This document shows positions 1-12,098 of a DNA stretch of 64,000 nt, piece after piece; the first letter of the stretch is position 1; each line of letters starts with the position of its first letter. Source of the DNA: an uncultured Methanosarcinaceae archaeon. GTDB lineage: Archaea; Halobacteriota; Methanosarcinia; Methanosarcinales; Methanosarcinaceae. A program made the position numbers and the translations under genes. The notes under the pieces are model-generated. The model saw nothing but the letters and a program-made list of their open reading frames with translations. It was not told where the DNA came from and made no database searches. The stretch is from assembly GCA_963733675.1 (NCBI GenBank), contig CAVTET010000012.1:1-64000 (forward strand). The letters are read 5' to 3'.

Positions 1-315
1 CTTAATATTAACTTTGCGATAAGGCCTTCATAAAATAAGTTCTAATTCTTGTCTATTATTTTCATGAAGTTTATATCCAAAGTGTGATTTACTACCCTTT
101 TGAAATCGGTTTATTAATAAATAAGACTATGTACTAATATAGTCCAACTTATAGATTTTAATCACAGATTTACATTTTTAATAACTACTATAAATTTAAT
201 TTGACTTGTGTCCAAATAAGCCAGATAACCTATAACATGTTCCTTGATGATGATATTTCTTAACTAACTAATGTTTATATCGGTAAATTTTCCAATTGAT
301 ATTGGTTATCCCCTT

Positions 316-1191
316 TCATTCATCAAGTTTTTCGAAAATAGTAGGATACTTCTTTTTTAATAGTATGAGGAGCTTGTCGTCTAATTTTTTGTCATGAAGT
401 GTTTTCACTTTTGAAAGCTGGTCGAATGTTAAATAATGAGTTTCTCTAAGATTAGCCCCTTCAAAGTTAGCTCCTTAGATTAGCTTCCTCAAAGTTAGCT
501 CCCTCAAAGTTAGCTCCTTTAAGCTCAGCTCTTTCGAGATGTACCCTATTAAGGTAAGCCCCTTGAAGGTTAGCTCCTTCAAGTTTAGCCTCTTGAAAGT
601 TAGCCCCCTCTAGGTCAGTCCATGTAAGGTTACTTCCTTGAAGGTTAGTTCCTTGAAAGTTGGTCTTTATAAGGTAAGCTCCTTCAAGGTTAGCTTCTAT
701 AAGGTTAGCTCCTTCAAGATGAGCTCTACCAAGTTTAGTTCCTTCAAGTTTGGCCCCTTGAAGGTCAGCTCCTTGAAGGTTGGCTTCTTGGAATTCAGTT
801 CCATAAAAATTAGTTCCCTGAAGATTAGCTCCTTTAAGATTAACCTTTTTAAGGTCAGCATAAAAATATCAGCCTCATTAAGGTTAGCTCCTTGAATATT
901 AGCCCCCCTTAAATTAGCTAAATGAAGTTTAGTTCCTATAAGATTAGCTTTTTCAAGATTGGCCTCTGAGAGATTAGCTTCTTTAAAATTAGCTTTTTTA
1001 AGGTTAGCCCCTTTAAGATTAGCTTTTTTAAGATTAGCTCTTTTAAGGGAAGCTCCTTTAAGGTCAGCATTTTCCAGATTAGTCTCTTCAAGATTAGCCT
1101 CTTCAAATTTAGCTCCTTCAAGGCTAGCTTTTTCAAGGTTAGTCCCTGCAAGATTCGCTCTTCGAAGATCTTTTTTCTCTGAAGTATCCAT
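316..1191 (-). pseudogene. Pentapeptide-repeat protein, frameshifted
   Basis: A(N/D)LxG/ANLxx repeats from ATG 1191. The frame breaks at ~865 and ~476; repeats continue to a C-terminus LTFDQLSKVKTLHDKKLDDKLLILLKKKYPTIFEKLDE* (stop 316-318). Confidence 0.85.
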
Positions 1192-1740
1192 TTACAATTT
1201 ATTGGTTTTGAACTAAAATAAACATTACTATAGTAATAATATATCTTCTGCTCTTCAGGATTTAGTTTTTAAAATTGTATCGATTTATAAGTCCATTTCC
1301 CGAGCTCAAAATTAAATGACAGAATGTGTCTTTATGCAACTTTTTTCTTAAGTTGGTTACGTATTATTTGATCACAATGAAAACAGACATCTTAGTGAAA
1401 AGCATATATTCCTCCACTCATTCCGTATGTGTCATATTGCCACGTTCTATTCTCCAGATTCTTTCCAGTTTTGAGTTCTTTAAGGTGCACTTCTTGGATG
1501 CGATTGTATCATTTAAAACAACTGCTTTAATATTTTATTCAAACCAAAAAGGATTTTATTCTCTAAATTCAAATGTAAAATGAATTCATGCTTGTGTAAT
1601 TGAACTGAGAACAATAGCATGAAATCTCAAAATGTCTAAATTATTATATTTATACAGGCCTGCACATGCTTTATTTGTTTATCAAATGCGCAAGTCCTAA
1701 GATATGAAATTATTGAATTTTATTGAAAAGGAGGCTTTAA

Positions 1741-2285
1741 ATGAAGAAAATAACAGAACAACATCTTATCAATGCGTTTGGAGGAGAAAGTTAAGCATAT
1801 ATGAGATATATTCATTTTGCAAATCAGGCCGAAAATGAAAAACTTAATAATGTAGCTCGCTTGTTCCGCGCAATCGCTCACGCTGAATATGTACATGCAG
1901 GAGACCATTTCCAGGAATTAAAACATCTCGATGGAGGATTTGTCGCAAATAGCATGGCAGTTTTTGGCCCGGGTGATTCCGCGAAAAATCTTAAATTAGC
2001 TATTGCAGGTGAAACATATGAAATTGAGGAAATGTATCCTACATTGAAGTTGCAAAATTTCAAGGAGAGAATGGAGCACAAAGAAGTTTTGAATGGTCTT
2101 ACAGTACTGAGAAAATGCACAAAATGCTTTATGAAAAAGCATTAAAATCGGTTAATTCAGAAAAAGACGTTGATTTAGGTCCTATCCAGGTTTGCGAAGT
2201 ATGTGGGTATACCCTTGAAGGAGAAGCACCTGAAATATGTCCGATATGCGGCGCATTGAAAGACAAGTTTACTGCATTTAAATAA
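1741..2285 (+). pseudogene. rbr: Rubrerythrin
   Basis: GGAGG RBS, then MKKITEQHLINAFGGES*AYMRY (in-frame TAA), AEYVHA and GETYE diiron motifs, a frameshift at ~2041, and a rubredoxin-like CEVCGY...CPICGA tail ending at TAA 2283-2285. Confidence 0.9.
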
Positions 2286-2516
2286 ACTCTTATCTAGCTT
2301 CGTTTATAGGGAAGTGAAAATTAGTGAAATATTGAATCCTACTTTCAGGCGCTAACAACACAATATTTTGAAAAATCAGCTTTAATTTTAAATATATTTA
2401 TAATAAATTGGTGAATAGTTATAATTGAACAATAAACCCAGCAGGTTTAAAGCTGGTATGTCAGCAAACACAAACAAGTTAATAACCAGACAGGAAATAA
2501 ACAGGAAAGGAAGCGG

Positions 2517-2697
2517 TTGATACAATCTTTTGTACTGGAAAATTACCTCAACAAAGTTGTAGATGTTTACTGTGGTGGACCCGACATTTTCAAGGGGGAA
2601 CCGTTGAGAGTTGTGCCAATACAATTCTACTCTCAATAACGAAGGGAAATTGACCCATGTAGTCATCGATAAAATAATGGTCATATGGGCTCAATGA
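2517..2697 (+). pseudogene. Small MM0924-family-like protein, frameshifted
   Basis: Manual translation across indels: IQSFVLENYLNKVVDVYCGGPDIFKG/TVESCANTIL/TLNNEGKLTHVVIDKIMVIWAQ*. Not in the ORF track. Confidence 0.6.
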
Positions 2698-3704
2698 ACT
2701 CATAAATTTATATTTACATTTTTTATCGATAAGGATAGCTGGGATAGAAAAATATTTACTTATCCTTTTCTAATTCATGTCAATCTATGGCAACTCCTTT
2801 CGGACTATTCTACTATAGCTAACAGAAAGATCATACTATTGCTTTAAAACAATCATTTTAAACATAATACGTATGTCAGTTTCATATTAGCCTCAGGAAA
2901 ATTTTATGTTAAAATATGGGCTCAAAACTGATAAGAAAAGATTTTCAATCAATTAAGAAATCAATTTCAACAAGTTTGTCTCCAACTGACTGAAAAAGTT
3001 TTGAGTCGTATTTAGGAGCAAAATCAATAACAGTTTTCATGAGTAAAAATTCTTATGTCAAGATACTTAAATTTTCTAATGCTCAAATACATGGGAATCT
3101 ATCGAAATTCTCTAATTACTGTAAATTTTTGTGGTCAGTGCTGCATTAAACTCATTCTGAAAATAGTTTTTGAACACATTAATTACCTAAAATGTAGTTT
3201 GCTTGATGAAAAGTTTGTGACCGGGTAAGTTTAATCTGATCGCAAATCTTTCAGTATACGGGAATAAATTGTGATAAAAACATTCGAGAAGTTTTTGCCA
3301 ACAATGAAAGAATACTGAGAATCCCAGAGATTAGTATCACAAAAAGAATTAACTGGGCGCTGGGCATATTTGGGGTAAAACAAGATTCTGAATGTAAAAA
3401 AGCTTTATTAACAACATACAAGATCTAAGTTTCAAAGTCAAAAAGTTCTTGATTGCTTTGGATCTATGAAGTAACTGGAAAGAGAAGCTTGCAAGAAAAA
3501 GTTGAGCTTTTAAACTATTTTTATTTTACGTTTTTTCTTTTTTGACCTTCTTTTCGGAATCTTTATAAGTTTGAAGTGTTCAGGAATTGTTTTTTTCTTT
3601 CCTTTTTTAATCAACTCCCGATTTCCTAATGATTGTGTAAATATACTTACATCTCATCATAATTTATTTATTTCGCCAGCTCCATAGATTTATGGGTGTT
3701 TTCA

Positions 3705-3911
3705 ATGAACTGCGAATCTTGTGGATCAGAAAGTGAAGGAAGATATTGTAAAACATGTGGTGACATACTAGACGAAGTCATCAGAGTAATAGGAGAAGAA
3801 CGTTGGGCAGCAATGGATGATTGTTCATTTATTTATCCACTAGTTCAGCGTGTAGCCAAAGGAGAACTAGAGGTCCATGATATAATTCAAGCCCTTGAAG
3901 TAGAAGACTGA
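3705..3911 (+). CDS. Small conserved archaeal Zn-ribbon protein
   Basis: MNCESCG...YCKTCG double CxxC followed by an acidic helical tail; intact ORF. Confidence 0.75.
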   Translation: MNCESCGSESEGRYCKTCGDILDEVIRVIGEERWAAMDDCSFIYPLVQRVAKGELEVHDIIQALEVED

Positions 3912-4396
3912 TTTCCGAATTTCAAAGCCTCATGATTTCAGGCCATGGCTCTAAGATAACGGCTTCAAAGAATGTTTCATGGATGCATTTTCTACAAAGT
4001 AGACTTAAACCAGATTACTAGAAGGTCAGACCTGGAATCTGCCGTATCTCCAACTTTAGTTACTAATGAACTAGAGTTTGAGTCTGAATTCTGAGATTGG
4101 AATTAAATATCAGGATTAAACTGTAGGTATCAGTTTTGAGATTAAACTTAAGGTATTTTTAAGGTTGAATTTTAGCAGATGCTTAAATTTTGAGACCTAA
4201 AGTGATATCTCTTTGGTTTTAATATTTTTTGAGAATTTAGATAAACCTCAAATTTTCACAAATATTTATATAGTCATTATAAACAAATAGCCAAAAATAG
4301 GGTTTATCGAAATTCTCTAAAATGAGTTAAAGTATAGGATTAATCGGTTCGAGTCTTGCAAACTAACCGTCAAATTCAATTTGTGTGTTCGATTTA

Positions 4397-5267
4397 GAGC
4401 CTATCCGAAAAATAATCTACTTTCAATTTAAGATCATGTGTGGTAATGACAAAACGGAAAATTGTTCCGGAATACGAAATTTCTGAAGATTATTGGACAA
4501 AAATAGAACCTTTACTATCTGTACCTAAGCCAAAAAAGAAGTCTGGAAGACCTAGAAAGGGTGATAGGAAAATAATGAGTGGCATTTTCTATCTCCTTTT
4601 TACTGGTTGCCAATGGAAAGCATTGCCACAATTTTATGGAGCTCCAAGCACTTACATGATCGATTTCAGGAATGACAACTATCAGGCTTATTTGAGAGCA
4701 TGTGGCTGGCTGGTCTTGTCGAGTATGATTTCGAAAAAGGATTAGAATGGGAATGACAATCAATTGATGGTGCTATGACAAAAGCACCATTAGGTGGAGC
4801 TAGAAAAGGAGCCAATCCTACTGATCGTGGCAAAAAAGGTACAAAAAGGAATGTTTTAACTGATGGTAAAGGCATACCACTTTCTGTTGTCGTTGATTGA
4901 GCCAATCGTCACGATAAAAAGCTTGTAAAAAGGACTTTAGACGCCATATTCTTTGAAAGACCTTCTCCAGAAGACATAATTCAGAATATATGCATGGATA
5001 AGGGTTATGATTTCACCGATATCAGAAAATTAGTTGAAGAATATGGTTATACTGCGTATATCAAAAGTCGTGGAGAAGAAAACATAAGAAGAGACATACC
5101 TGGTTTTAGAGCAAGAAGATGGATTGTAGAAAGGACACATTCTTGGCTGATTAGATTCAGAAGACTCCTTATAAGATGGGAAAAGAAAATTGAAAATTAC
5201 CTTGCTATCCTACATTTAGCGTGCGCATTGATAACATTCAGATCAACAGGACTTTTCGGATAGCCTA
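4397..5267 (+). mobile_element. IS5-family element (IS1031-like), transposase inactivated
   Basis: Imperfect terminal IRs GAGCCTATCCGAAAA / TTTTCGGATAGCCTA with a TTA target duplication on both sides. Transposase motifs GIFYLLxTGCQWKALP, DKGYD and RWIVERTHSWL are broken by stops and frameshifts. Confidence 0.9.
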
Positions 5268-5281
5268 TTAGTCTTTCCCAG

Positions 5282-5638
5282 CTACAGTTTTTTTAATCTA
5301 GACTCTAGATACTCCTTTAAAACGATGGCGTTATTAAAATGTTCATTCTTTGCAGCATAGAGCAGGGTCAAGTCAGTTTCCTTAGCTTTTTCGATAAGTT
5401 TTTGTACATTTTCTTTATTTTGCTCCAGTTCTCTAAGATAACGTTTCCTGAACTCTTCCCACTTATCAGGATCATGAGAAAACCATTTTCTAAGCTCGTC
5501 ATCAGGTGCTATTTCCTTTAGCCAAATGTCAAAATGTACTTCATTTTTTCGAAGTCCTCTGGGCCAGAGCTTATCTACAAGTACCCTTAATCCATCTTTA
5601 TCGGAGGATTGTTCGTAAATCCTTTTCAGTCGGATCAA
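5282..5638 (-). CDS. DUF488 / YeaO-family protein
   Basis: IRLKRIYE..DGLRVLVDKLWPRGL..WLKEIAP..LRKWFSHDPDKWEEF signature. Confidence 0.85.
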   Translation of the reverse strand: MIRLKRIYEQSSDKDGLRVLVDKLWPRGLRKNEVHFDIWLKEIAPDDELRKWFSHDPDKWEEFRKRYLRELEQNKENVQKLIEKAKETDLTLLYAAKNEHFNNAIVLKEYLESRLKKL

Positions 5639-5903
5639 CTGATTCCCTTCTGATTCATTTAAATATGCTTATGAATATACTCATATTAGTTGCTCAGCTT
5701 TTTATTTTAGTACATTTATGTGTCTATTTATTTAAAGCGAACAGTTTTCTGAGGCAGACCTGAAACTTACATACTAATTATGTTTTAAAGCAATAATATT
5801 ATCTTTCTGACTTTGAACTTAAATACCACAATAGGGATTCTCGAGACATTTGACTGGTATGTGGTCAGAATACGTAACTACATTGATCAGGGGTCTATAT
5901 AGG

Positions 5904-6756
5904 GGTTCCGTTGCAAAAAATTCAACAAAATATGTAAATCTATAAGTGATTAATAAAAATCAAAACATTCAAGGAAAATGTACTAACATTATAAAACTAT
6001 ACCAAATAATTGATTAATGTATTTGACTTCATTAAGAACATAGTAATTTAGATCGATTACTTGTCCTTTTTTGATCATATTTATAGCTTCAATTCCTTTT
6101 AAAGTCTTATTAGCAGATCGAAAAGACTGAAATCCTAACATTGGATTAACGATTCTCTTTATAGATCTGTGATCTTGTTCTATAATGTTATTCAAATACT
6201 TGATTTGTCGAATGCCTACGTTTTTAGGTAGTATTTTATCAATTTTTAGTTTACCTATAGCAGGTGGATAAGCTGGATTCTTATCAACGGTTATTACTTG
6301 TGGAATTTGATTATGATTAGAACTTAAAGCTTTCTTAAAGAATCTCTTCGCTGCCTTTCTATCTGTTTTGAACTTAACATGAAATCAATTGTATCTCCAT
6401 TCAGTCGACTGCTCGGTAAAAATATTTCCATTTACCTTTTACTTTGATACAGGTTTCATCAACTCTCCACGAATCATTTGCTGGTCTTAAATGTCTTCTT
6501 ATCTTCTTTTCTATTTCAGGGAAATATTGATGTACCCATCTCATGATTGTTGTATGGTCGACTTTTACTCCCCTTTCTGCCATCATTTCCTTTAAATTTC
6601 TATAACTTAATGCATATTTTAAGTACCATCTTACATTCAATAAGATAATTTCCCCTTCATAATGCTTCCATTTAAAGGAATTAGATAGCATGTTACTATC
6701 TTTGGTTTTCTTTTTATTCTATTGTATCATTAGAAAGGATTTTTTGCAACGGAACG
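5904..6756 (-). mobile_element. IS6-family element, transposase pseudogene
   Basis: IRs GGTTCCGTTGCAAAA / TTTTGCAACGGAACG. The transposase (6691..5989) has a TGA at 6401 and an indel at ~6365, and is near-identical to the copy at 25859. Confidence 0.92.
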
Positions 6757-7550
6757 TCATTGGTAATATAGTCCCGGTTTTAGTTATCTGTTCGTTTATG
6801 AGCTTAAAATCTTTGAATAGGTTATTTAGTGAGAAACCTGGTTCGGAATTGCCTTCTATGATTTTAGGTCCCTTGCCTTCGGAAATATAGTTACGGTGTG
6901 GAGTTTTGTTAATGGTTTCAACGAAAGTTTTGGTGTCGAAACCAAGCTTTTGTGAGAAAACCAGGGCTTCAGAGAATGATTCCGCAAAAAGTCCGAGATA
7001 CAAGTTAATTGCCAGCTTCATTTTGTGACCGTTGCCATCTATTCCTAAGTAAATTACAGTTTTGCCAACGTCTTTGAGAAATGCCTCATATTTTTGAAAT
7101 ACTTCATGGCTTCCTCCAATCAGAATGATAAGATCTCCTTTTAAAGCCTTGTCCTTACTTCCCACCACAGGAGTGTCTAGTCTTTCTAAGCCTGCCTGTT
7201 TTGCTGCTTTGGAATGTCTGATCGATGCTAAAGGATCTATTGTACTCAAATCAATCCATAAACAGCCTTTCTTCACTCCATTGAGAAATCCATCTTCTCC
7301 AAATGCTACAATGTCAACGGCATTTTGATCAGTCAAGGATGTCGATAATAATGTCTGCTACCAAAGCCAGCTCTCTTGGTGTAGAATGGAAAATGGCACC
7401 CTTTTTGATGAGCGATTTAGCTTTTTCCTCAGTCCTGTTATAGACGTGAACATTATAGCCTTTTGATAGGAGATTGGAAGCAAAAGAGCTTCCCATGATC
7501 CCTAAGCCGATAACACCGACAGCCGCTTCGTTATCAAAACCGGAATTCAT
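6757..7550 (-). pseudogene. NAD(P)-dependent beta-hydroxyacid dehydrogenase (3-hydroxyisobutyrate dehydrogenase family)
   Basis: VGVIGLGIMG Rossmann motif, DLSTIDP, DTPVVGS and KMKLAIN. Frameshift at ~7345; the 3' end is cut by the IS6. Confidence 0.85.
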
Positions 7551-7819
7551 CAATTGATGACCTCGCATTCTGAACTCGAAGAGCGTGTTTTCACGTCTTT
7601 TTTCGTTTCATATGTATTTGTAGTTACATTAACGGAATAATGTGATAAAGTCGCATCCAGGGACCTCTTCCCAATTTCTTTACTTTTTGTCACTTTACCC
7701 ATTAGCTTCATCTTTGCGCCCGCTTCCATCGATACCGATCTCTGATTTGCAAACTCCTTAGTACGCAAAGCTAGGCTGGTCCAGATTTGACTCGTCTCGT
7801 TGGATGCTCGCATGGCCAC
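7550..7819 (-). CDS. Hypothetical protein (doubtful)
   Basis: 89-aa ORF co-oriented between two genes; no recognisable motif. Confidence 0.25.
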   Translation of the reverse strand: MAMRASNETSQIWTSLALRTKEFANQRSVSMEAGAKMKLMGKVTKSKEIGKRSLDATLSHYSVNVTTNTYETKKDVKTRSSSSECEVIN

Positions 7820-7858
7820 GCGCTATTATCTGCTGGAAACGTTGCGCAGCCTTCATGC

Positions 7859-8680
7859 TCAGGCTTTGCAAAATGAGAACAAGTCCTCATTTATCTGGTT
7901 CTTGTGAGTGGTGCAAAGACCGTGCGGGGCGCCCTTATAGACCTTCAGGACCGAGCCTTTGATGATCTTGGACTGGAGGAGGCCGGAGTCGGCGAATGGC
8001 ACGATCTGGTCGTCGTCGCCCTGAATGATGAGCGTCGGTACGTCGATCTTCTTCAGGTCCTCGTTTTGATCCGTCTCGGAGAACGCCTTGATGCAGAAGT
8101 ATGCGGCAGGGAAGCCCGCCATCATCCCCTGGAGCCAGAATGACTCGCGCACTCCTTCCGAGACCTTCGCGCCCGGGCGGTTGTAGCCGTAGAACGACAA
8201 GCTGACCTCCTTCCAGAACTGCGAGCGGTCGGCGACAACGCTGGCGCGCAACTGATCGAACACCTCGATCGGAGTCACAGTGGGATTGTTGGGCGTCTTG
8301 AGCATGAGCGGCGGTACGGAGGCAATCAGAACTACCTTTGCCACACGTTTCGTACCGTGGCGGCTCATATAACGAGCAACTTCTCCGCCTCCGGTTGAGT
8401 GGCCAACAAAGATCGCGTCCTTTAGGTCAAGTGTTTCGATGAGCATCGCGAGATCGTCAGCGTACGTGTCCATATCATTACCGTTCCACGGTTGGCTCGA
8501 ACGTCCGTGGCCACGGCGGTCATGTGCGATGCATCGATATCCTCGGGAAGCCAAAAAGAACATCTGATCTTCAAAAGCGTCCGCGTTCAGCGGCCAACCG
8601 TGGCTGAAAATCACTGGCTGCCCGCTACCCCAATCCTTATAATAAATCTGCGTACCATCTTTGATCGTGATCATATTCAT
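7859..8680 (-). CDS. cpo: Non-heme chloroperoxidase-type alpha/beta hydrolase
   Basis: [34 protein letters not shown] nucleophile elbow, GDDDQIVP and GAPHG; visibly GC-rich. Confidence 0.92.
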   Translation of the reverse strand: MNMITIKDGTQIYYKDWGSGQPVIFSHGWPLNADAFEDQMFFLASRGYRCIAHDRRGHGRSSQPWNGNDMDTYADDLAMLIETLDLKDAIFVGHSTGGGEVARYMSRHGTKRVAKVVLIASVPPLMLKTPNNPTVTPIEVFDQLRASVVADRSQFWKEVSLSFYGYNRPGAKVSEGVRESFWLQGMMAGFPAAYFCIKAFSETDQNEDLKKIDVPTLIIQGDDDQIVPFADSGLLQSKIIKGSVLKVYKGAPHGLCTTHKNQINEDLFSFCKA

Positions 8681-8872
8681 AGGACGTTTGCCTCCATGAT
8701 TTTACTGTAATTTTACTTAATTGATTTTTTATATACTGGGAAGATGAACTTTTCAAACATCATAGTGTGTAATCAAAAGTGTATTAGATATAGCAAGCAT
8801 TCCCTCAGGAATCTGCTCCGCCAGATAGTTTTCAACCCCATCTGTTCACCAGTGCATCAATCAATCAGCATT

Positions 8873-9490
8873 CTACTCATTCCAAGGCTCGACATCTTCG
8901 AATAGAATCTGCTTGAACGGCTGCACTGTTTCCTTACGTATCCAGTCGCGTTGAAGCTCACATATGAGTTGCACCCAGCTCACTGGTTTTCCACCGGCCT
9001 GAATTATGCGCTTCAGACCAGCACGATGCGCTTCGACGGAGGTCCCTGCAACCGCATCGACTACAGGGTAGACTTCATAACCATTATGTATTGCGTCGAG
9101 CGAAGGAAAAGTGAGGCATGCTTCTGTCCACAGCGCTGTCATGATTAGCTTCTTGCGACCAGTTGCTTTGACAGCTTGGACAAATTCTTTGTCTTCCCAG
9201 GCATTGATCGTCGTGCGGTCCAGGGGGTCAATCCCGGTCAGCACTTCTTGCAACTGATGGATTGTCGGTTTATTGATACCATTGTTCACGTTCACAGTCG
9301 ACAGCACGATCGGTAATTCATATGTTTTTGCAATCTTCGCAACGCGCACAATGTTGTCAACCAGAAGTTTACGATCCATCGAGACTATAGAGGCCACCTG
9401 AACCGGCTGATAGTCAATTATTATAAGCACCGCATTTTTCGGGGTGAGCAGCTGATCATTAATTTGATCACGTATTGGTAGACTTGTCAT
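8873..9490 (-). CDS. Isochorismatase-family cysteine hydrolase (YcaC-like)
   Basis: IIDYQP, DRTTINAWED, ALWTEAC, VVDAVAGTS and ELQRDW motifs. Confidence 0.9.
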   Translation of the reverse strand: MTSLPIRDQINDQLLTPKNAVLIIIDYQPVQVASIVSMDRKLLVDNIVRVAKIAKTYELPIVLSTVNVNNGINKPTIHQLQEVLTGIDPLDRTTINAWEDKEFVQAVKATGRKKLIMTALWTEACLTFPSLDAIHNGYEVYPVVDAVAGTSVEAHRAGLKRIIQAGGKPVSWVQLICELQRDWIRKETVQPFKQILFEDVEPWNE

Positions 9491-10342
9491 TTGTGTATCT
9501 CCTTCTCTAGTTATCGTATTCGAATTCTTTCGCCCTCACAGGTTGTAATTTCTAAATCTTCGAGAGGGACATTTAAAAGCAAGTTATCATGGATAAATTC
9601 ATCATGCAGTGATATGGATTTAGGAAATAGTTCTTTGCCGATCTGAAGCCATAGGCGCGATGGCTGATGACCTTGTCAATCATTTTTGTATTCAGATTGC
9701 AGTTTTATTACTTCAACTGCGATTTTTACTTGATTACATATAATTTCGATAACTCACAATTTTTGGCTGATTGTTTATAAATCTTAAATAAGCGATTTAA
9801 ATAGGAAGTCTATCGAAATTTTCCGCATTTTACCCCGATACCAAGCATTTTACCGGTCATCCATCACTCTTTCACTTTTTCACTCTTTATCAGTTAGTTT
9901 TAAGCTACAGTGTACAGTTGTTTACTTGATTATTTTAAATTAATTATACAAAAAATAGTTTCTGAACAAAACCTACTTTCCTATATAATGTTTTGAAGCT
10001 AAAAAATTATTTTAACCTATGTATAATTCGGGATATGCAACCCTGGGCGCAGATTATTTACTCAATGAATTTTCATTTTTCATGTCATTGTCTGTATCGC
10101 GATCATTTAAATAAAAACGAGTATTCTAACGATAGCAGAGGATATCGTTAAAATCAAAGAATAATTAACAATAAAAGAAAAATCGGATCAAATACAAAAA
10201 TTTACGGGAAAGATTTGAACAGGATTCTTACGAATAAAAAATTAAATGTAATTCGAAATTCCCAATAATTGATTTCAAATTATTGCTCGATGTTATAACA
10301 TTTTCTGAGTTTTGGGAACAAAATGTCAACTGATTAAGTTTT

Positions 10343-10397
10343 AATGGGAATAAAACGGGAATATTTTGGGATAAATGGGAATAGTATGGGAATAAAA
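10343..10397. repeat. Iteron-like direct repeat array, 5 x ~11 bp (ATGGGAATA core)
   Basis: aatgggaataa-aacgggaatat-tttgggataa-atgggaatag-tatgggaataa read directly from the sequence. Confidence 0.6.
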
Positions 10398-11529
10398 TGA
10401 TCAGTTGCCTTTGTACCCTGATTAGGCAACCTTCAGGAAGATAAACTTCTTATCAAATAGTAACCAGACATTAAACTTTGATTTATCTATACTGAATTTA
10501 GAAGCTTTTCTTCAACTGCTGTTTATCAAGATATGTCTTTCCTACTTGCAGTCTATATAATTATTTTTAATAGTCCTAAATAAATATTATTCTTCAAAGT
10601 TTTATGGATTTTTTTGCTTTGGCATTGGAGCAGATTTGGAGTGGGGTAGATATACGCAAAACTTCCACCTATTTTTTTCAATATTGCAGTAGCATAAAAA
10701 TTAATCTCACCTTCAATGAATAATAGTTGGCAAATGAGCAAAAATTATATAATTTTATAAATATGGGAATGTCGGAGCATTAAGAAAATTGGTAAATACA
10801 GTTTTTTTCTGCAAAATATTCAAATGGATCAAGTTTGGATATCCAGTATTTCTAAAACGAAAAAAAATGATAAATACAGATTTTGCAAATATTGAATTAC
10901 AAGGCAAGGAGATATTACAAGAAAATTATTTAAAAAGTAGATGCTCCAGATTAAAAATCCTCCCGTTACCCCGCAGAACTTAGACACCTCAAGCCAGTTG
11001 TAGTCTTGTATGTCATCTAATTTACACCATTCGTTGTTAAAAATAGCTTTATAATTTTTACATTCTGTTATTTTCGATTCTATCAGGCAATTCAATTTCG
11101 AGAACTTTTTTTATTGACCATGTCGTTTTTACCTTTAAAATTTTGGAAAACAGTAACAGTATCGGATACCACCTGCTACCCTTTTTGTGTTATATTTAGA
11201 TATAATATGAGATCTAATATGAGATCTATTAACACATTTAAGCTGTAGTCAAACACAAAGTATAAATTCTCGAAACGCGACATGGTACATGGAGATTGTA
11301 CCGCATCGTCATTAAAAACTTATACTTATGATGATCATGAGCCTGGTAGCGCAATCTAGGGTTTTTCCATTATTATTTTTATATCAACATAACTATATTA
11401 ATTCTGTATACCATTTTACCATCTGGTTTTTTGATATTCAGGAAACTTCGCTGTTGTTCCTAGTTCAATTACTAAATCAAAGCCGCTTTTAGTGTGTTAA
11501 AGAGATTATTATTTAAATCTGTCTACTTC

Positions 11530-11720
11530 ATGTTACTGAAAAGATAATTTTTGCCATTGCTCGTTCAATTGGGGCGCCGAAATTTTGCATGTACTCAAGA
11601 ACTTCTCTCTTTTCAGAGCAAACTTGTCTAAATGCGGCAATAGTTTCAGGTCGAAAAATTGCATCATCTAACATTTTTTCAATTTCTTTTCTGAGTCATA
11701 GATTGGGGGTATTTTTTCAT
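11530..11720 (-). pseudogene. Degenerate small ORF downstream of the RHH gene
   Basis: Fragments EIEKMLDDAIFRPETIAAFRQVL / EKREVLEYMQNFGAPIERAMAKIIFSVT* in different frames; starts just after the RHH gene. Confidence 0.35.
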
Positions 11721-11749
11721 TCACGCTTTTTCTTATCTCCGTGTTGTTG

Positions 11750-11884
11750 TTAGATTAAAGCTTTTTCAATAACTTTAGAAATATATGTGCTTCTTGGCAT
11801 TTCTCCTCTAGTTATTTCGATCCTTTGATAAACTTCAGGTTTCACATATACATTTACAAGAATTTTTTTACCAATTTGTATCAA
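11750..11884 (-). CDS. CopG/ribbon-helix-helix DNA-binding protein (44 aa)
   Basis: TTG start, MIQIGKKILVNVYVKPEVYQRIEITRGEMPRSTYISKVIEKALI*: alternating beta-strand, helix, G-x-x-RS, helix pattern. Too short for the ORF track. Confidence 0.7.
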   Translation of the reverse strand: MIQIGKKILVNVYVKPEVYQRIEITRGEMPRSTYISKVIEKALI

Positions 11885-12098
11885 TATATATAAACTCCTA
11901 TAATACTAATTAAATTAATGTATTTAGATATATCTTATTATTATTTAAATTTTTCTCATTATAAATGGCGTCCGCTATTTTTATTTAGACAGTTGTATAA
12001 CATTATAATATTATAAAGTTATAATATTATAAAATTGGATAAGTATGTAGGTAAACAAGTAAAAAAAGTATAAGGTTAAGAGTAAAAAGAGTATAAAG

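Noticed and set aside
450-1150. Regular 15-nt repeats resembling an array
   Set aside because: They are coding pentapeptide repeats with no unique spacers, so not CRISPR.
638-1216. Plus-strand and alternative-frame ORFs with KVSSFK / RLA periodicity
   Set aside because: They are shadows of the 15-nt pentapeptide repeats on the minus strand.
8873-8875. TAG stops of the ycaC-like gene (and of EamA and NlpC/P60) as pyrrolysine read-through
   Set aside because: They fall at the expected C-termini and the downstream frames show no recognisable domain.
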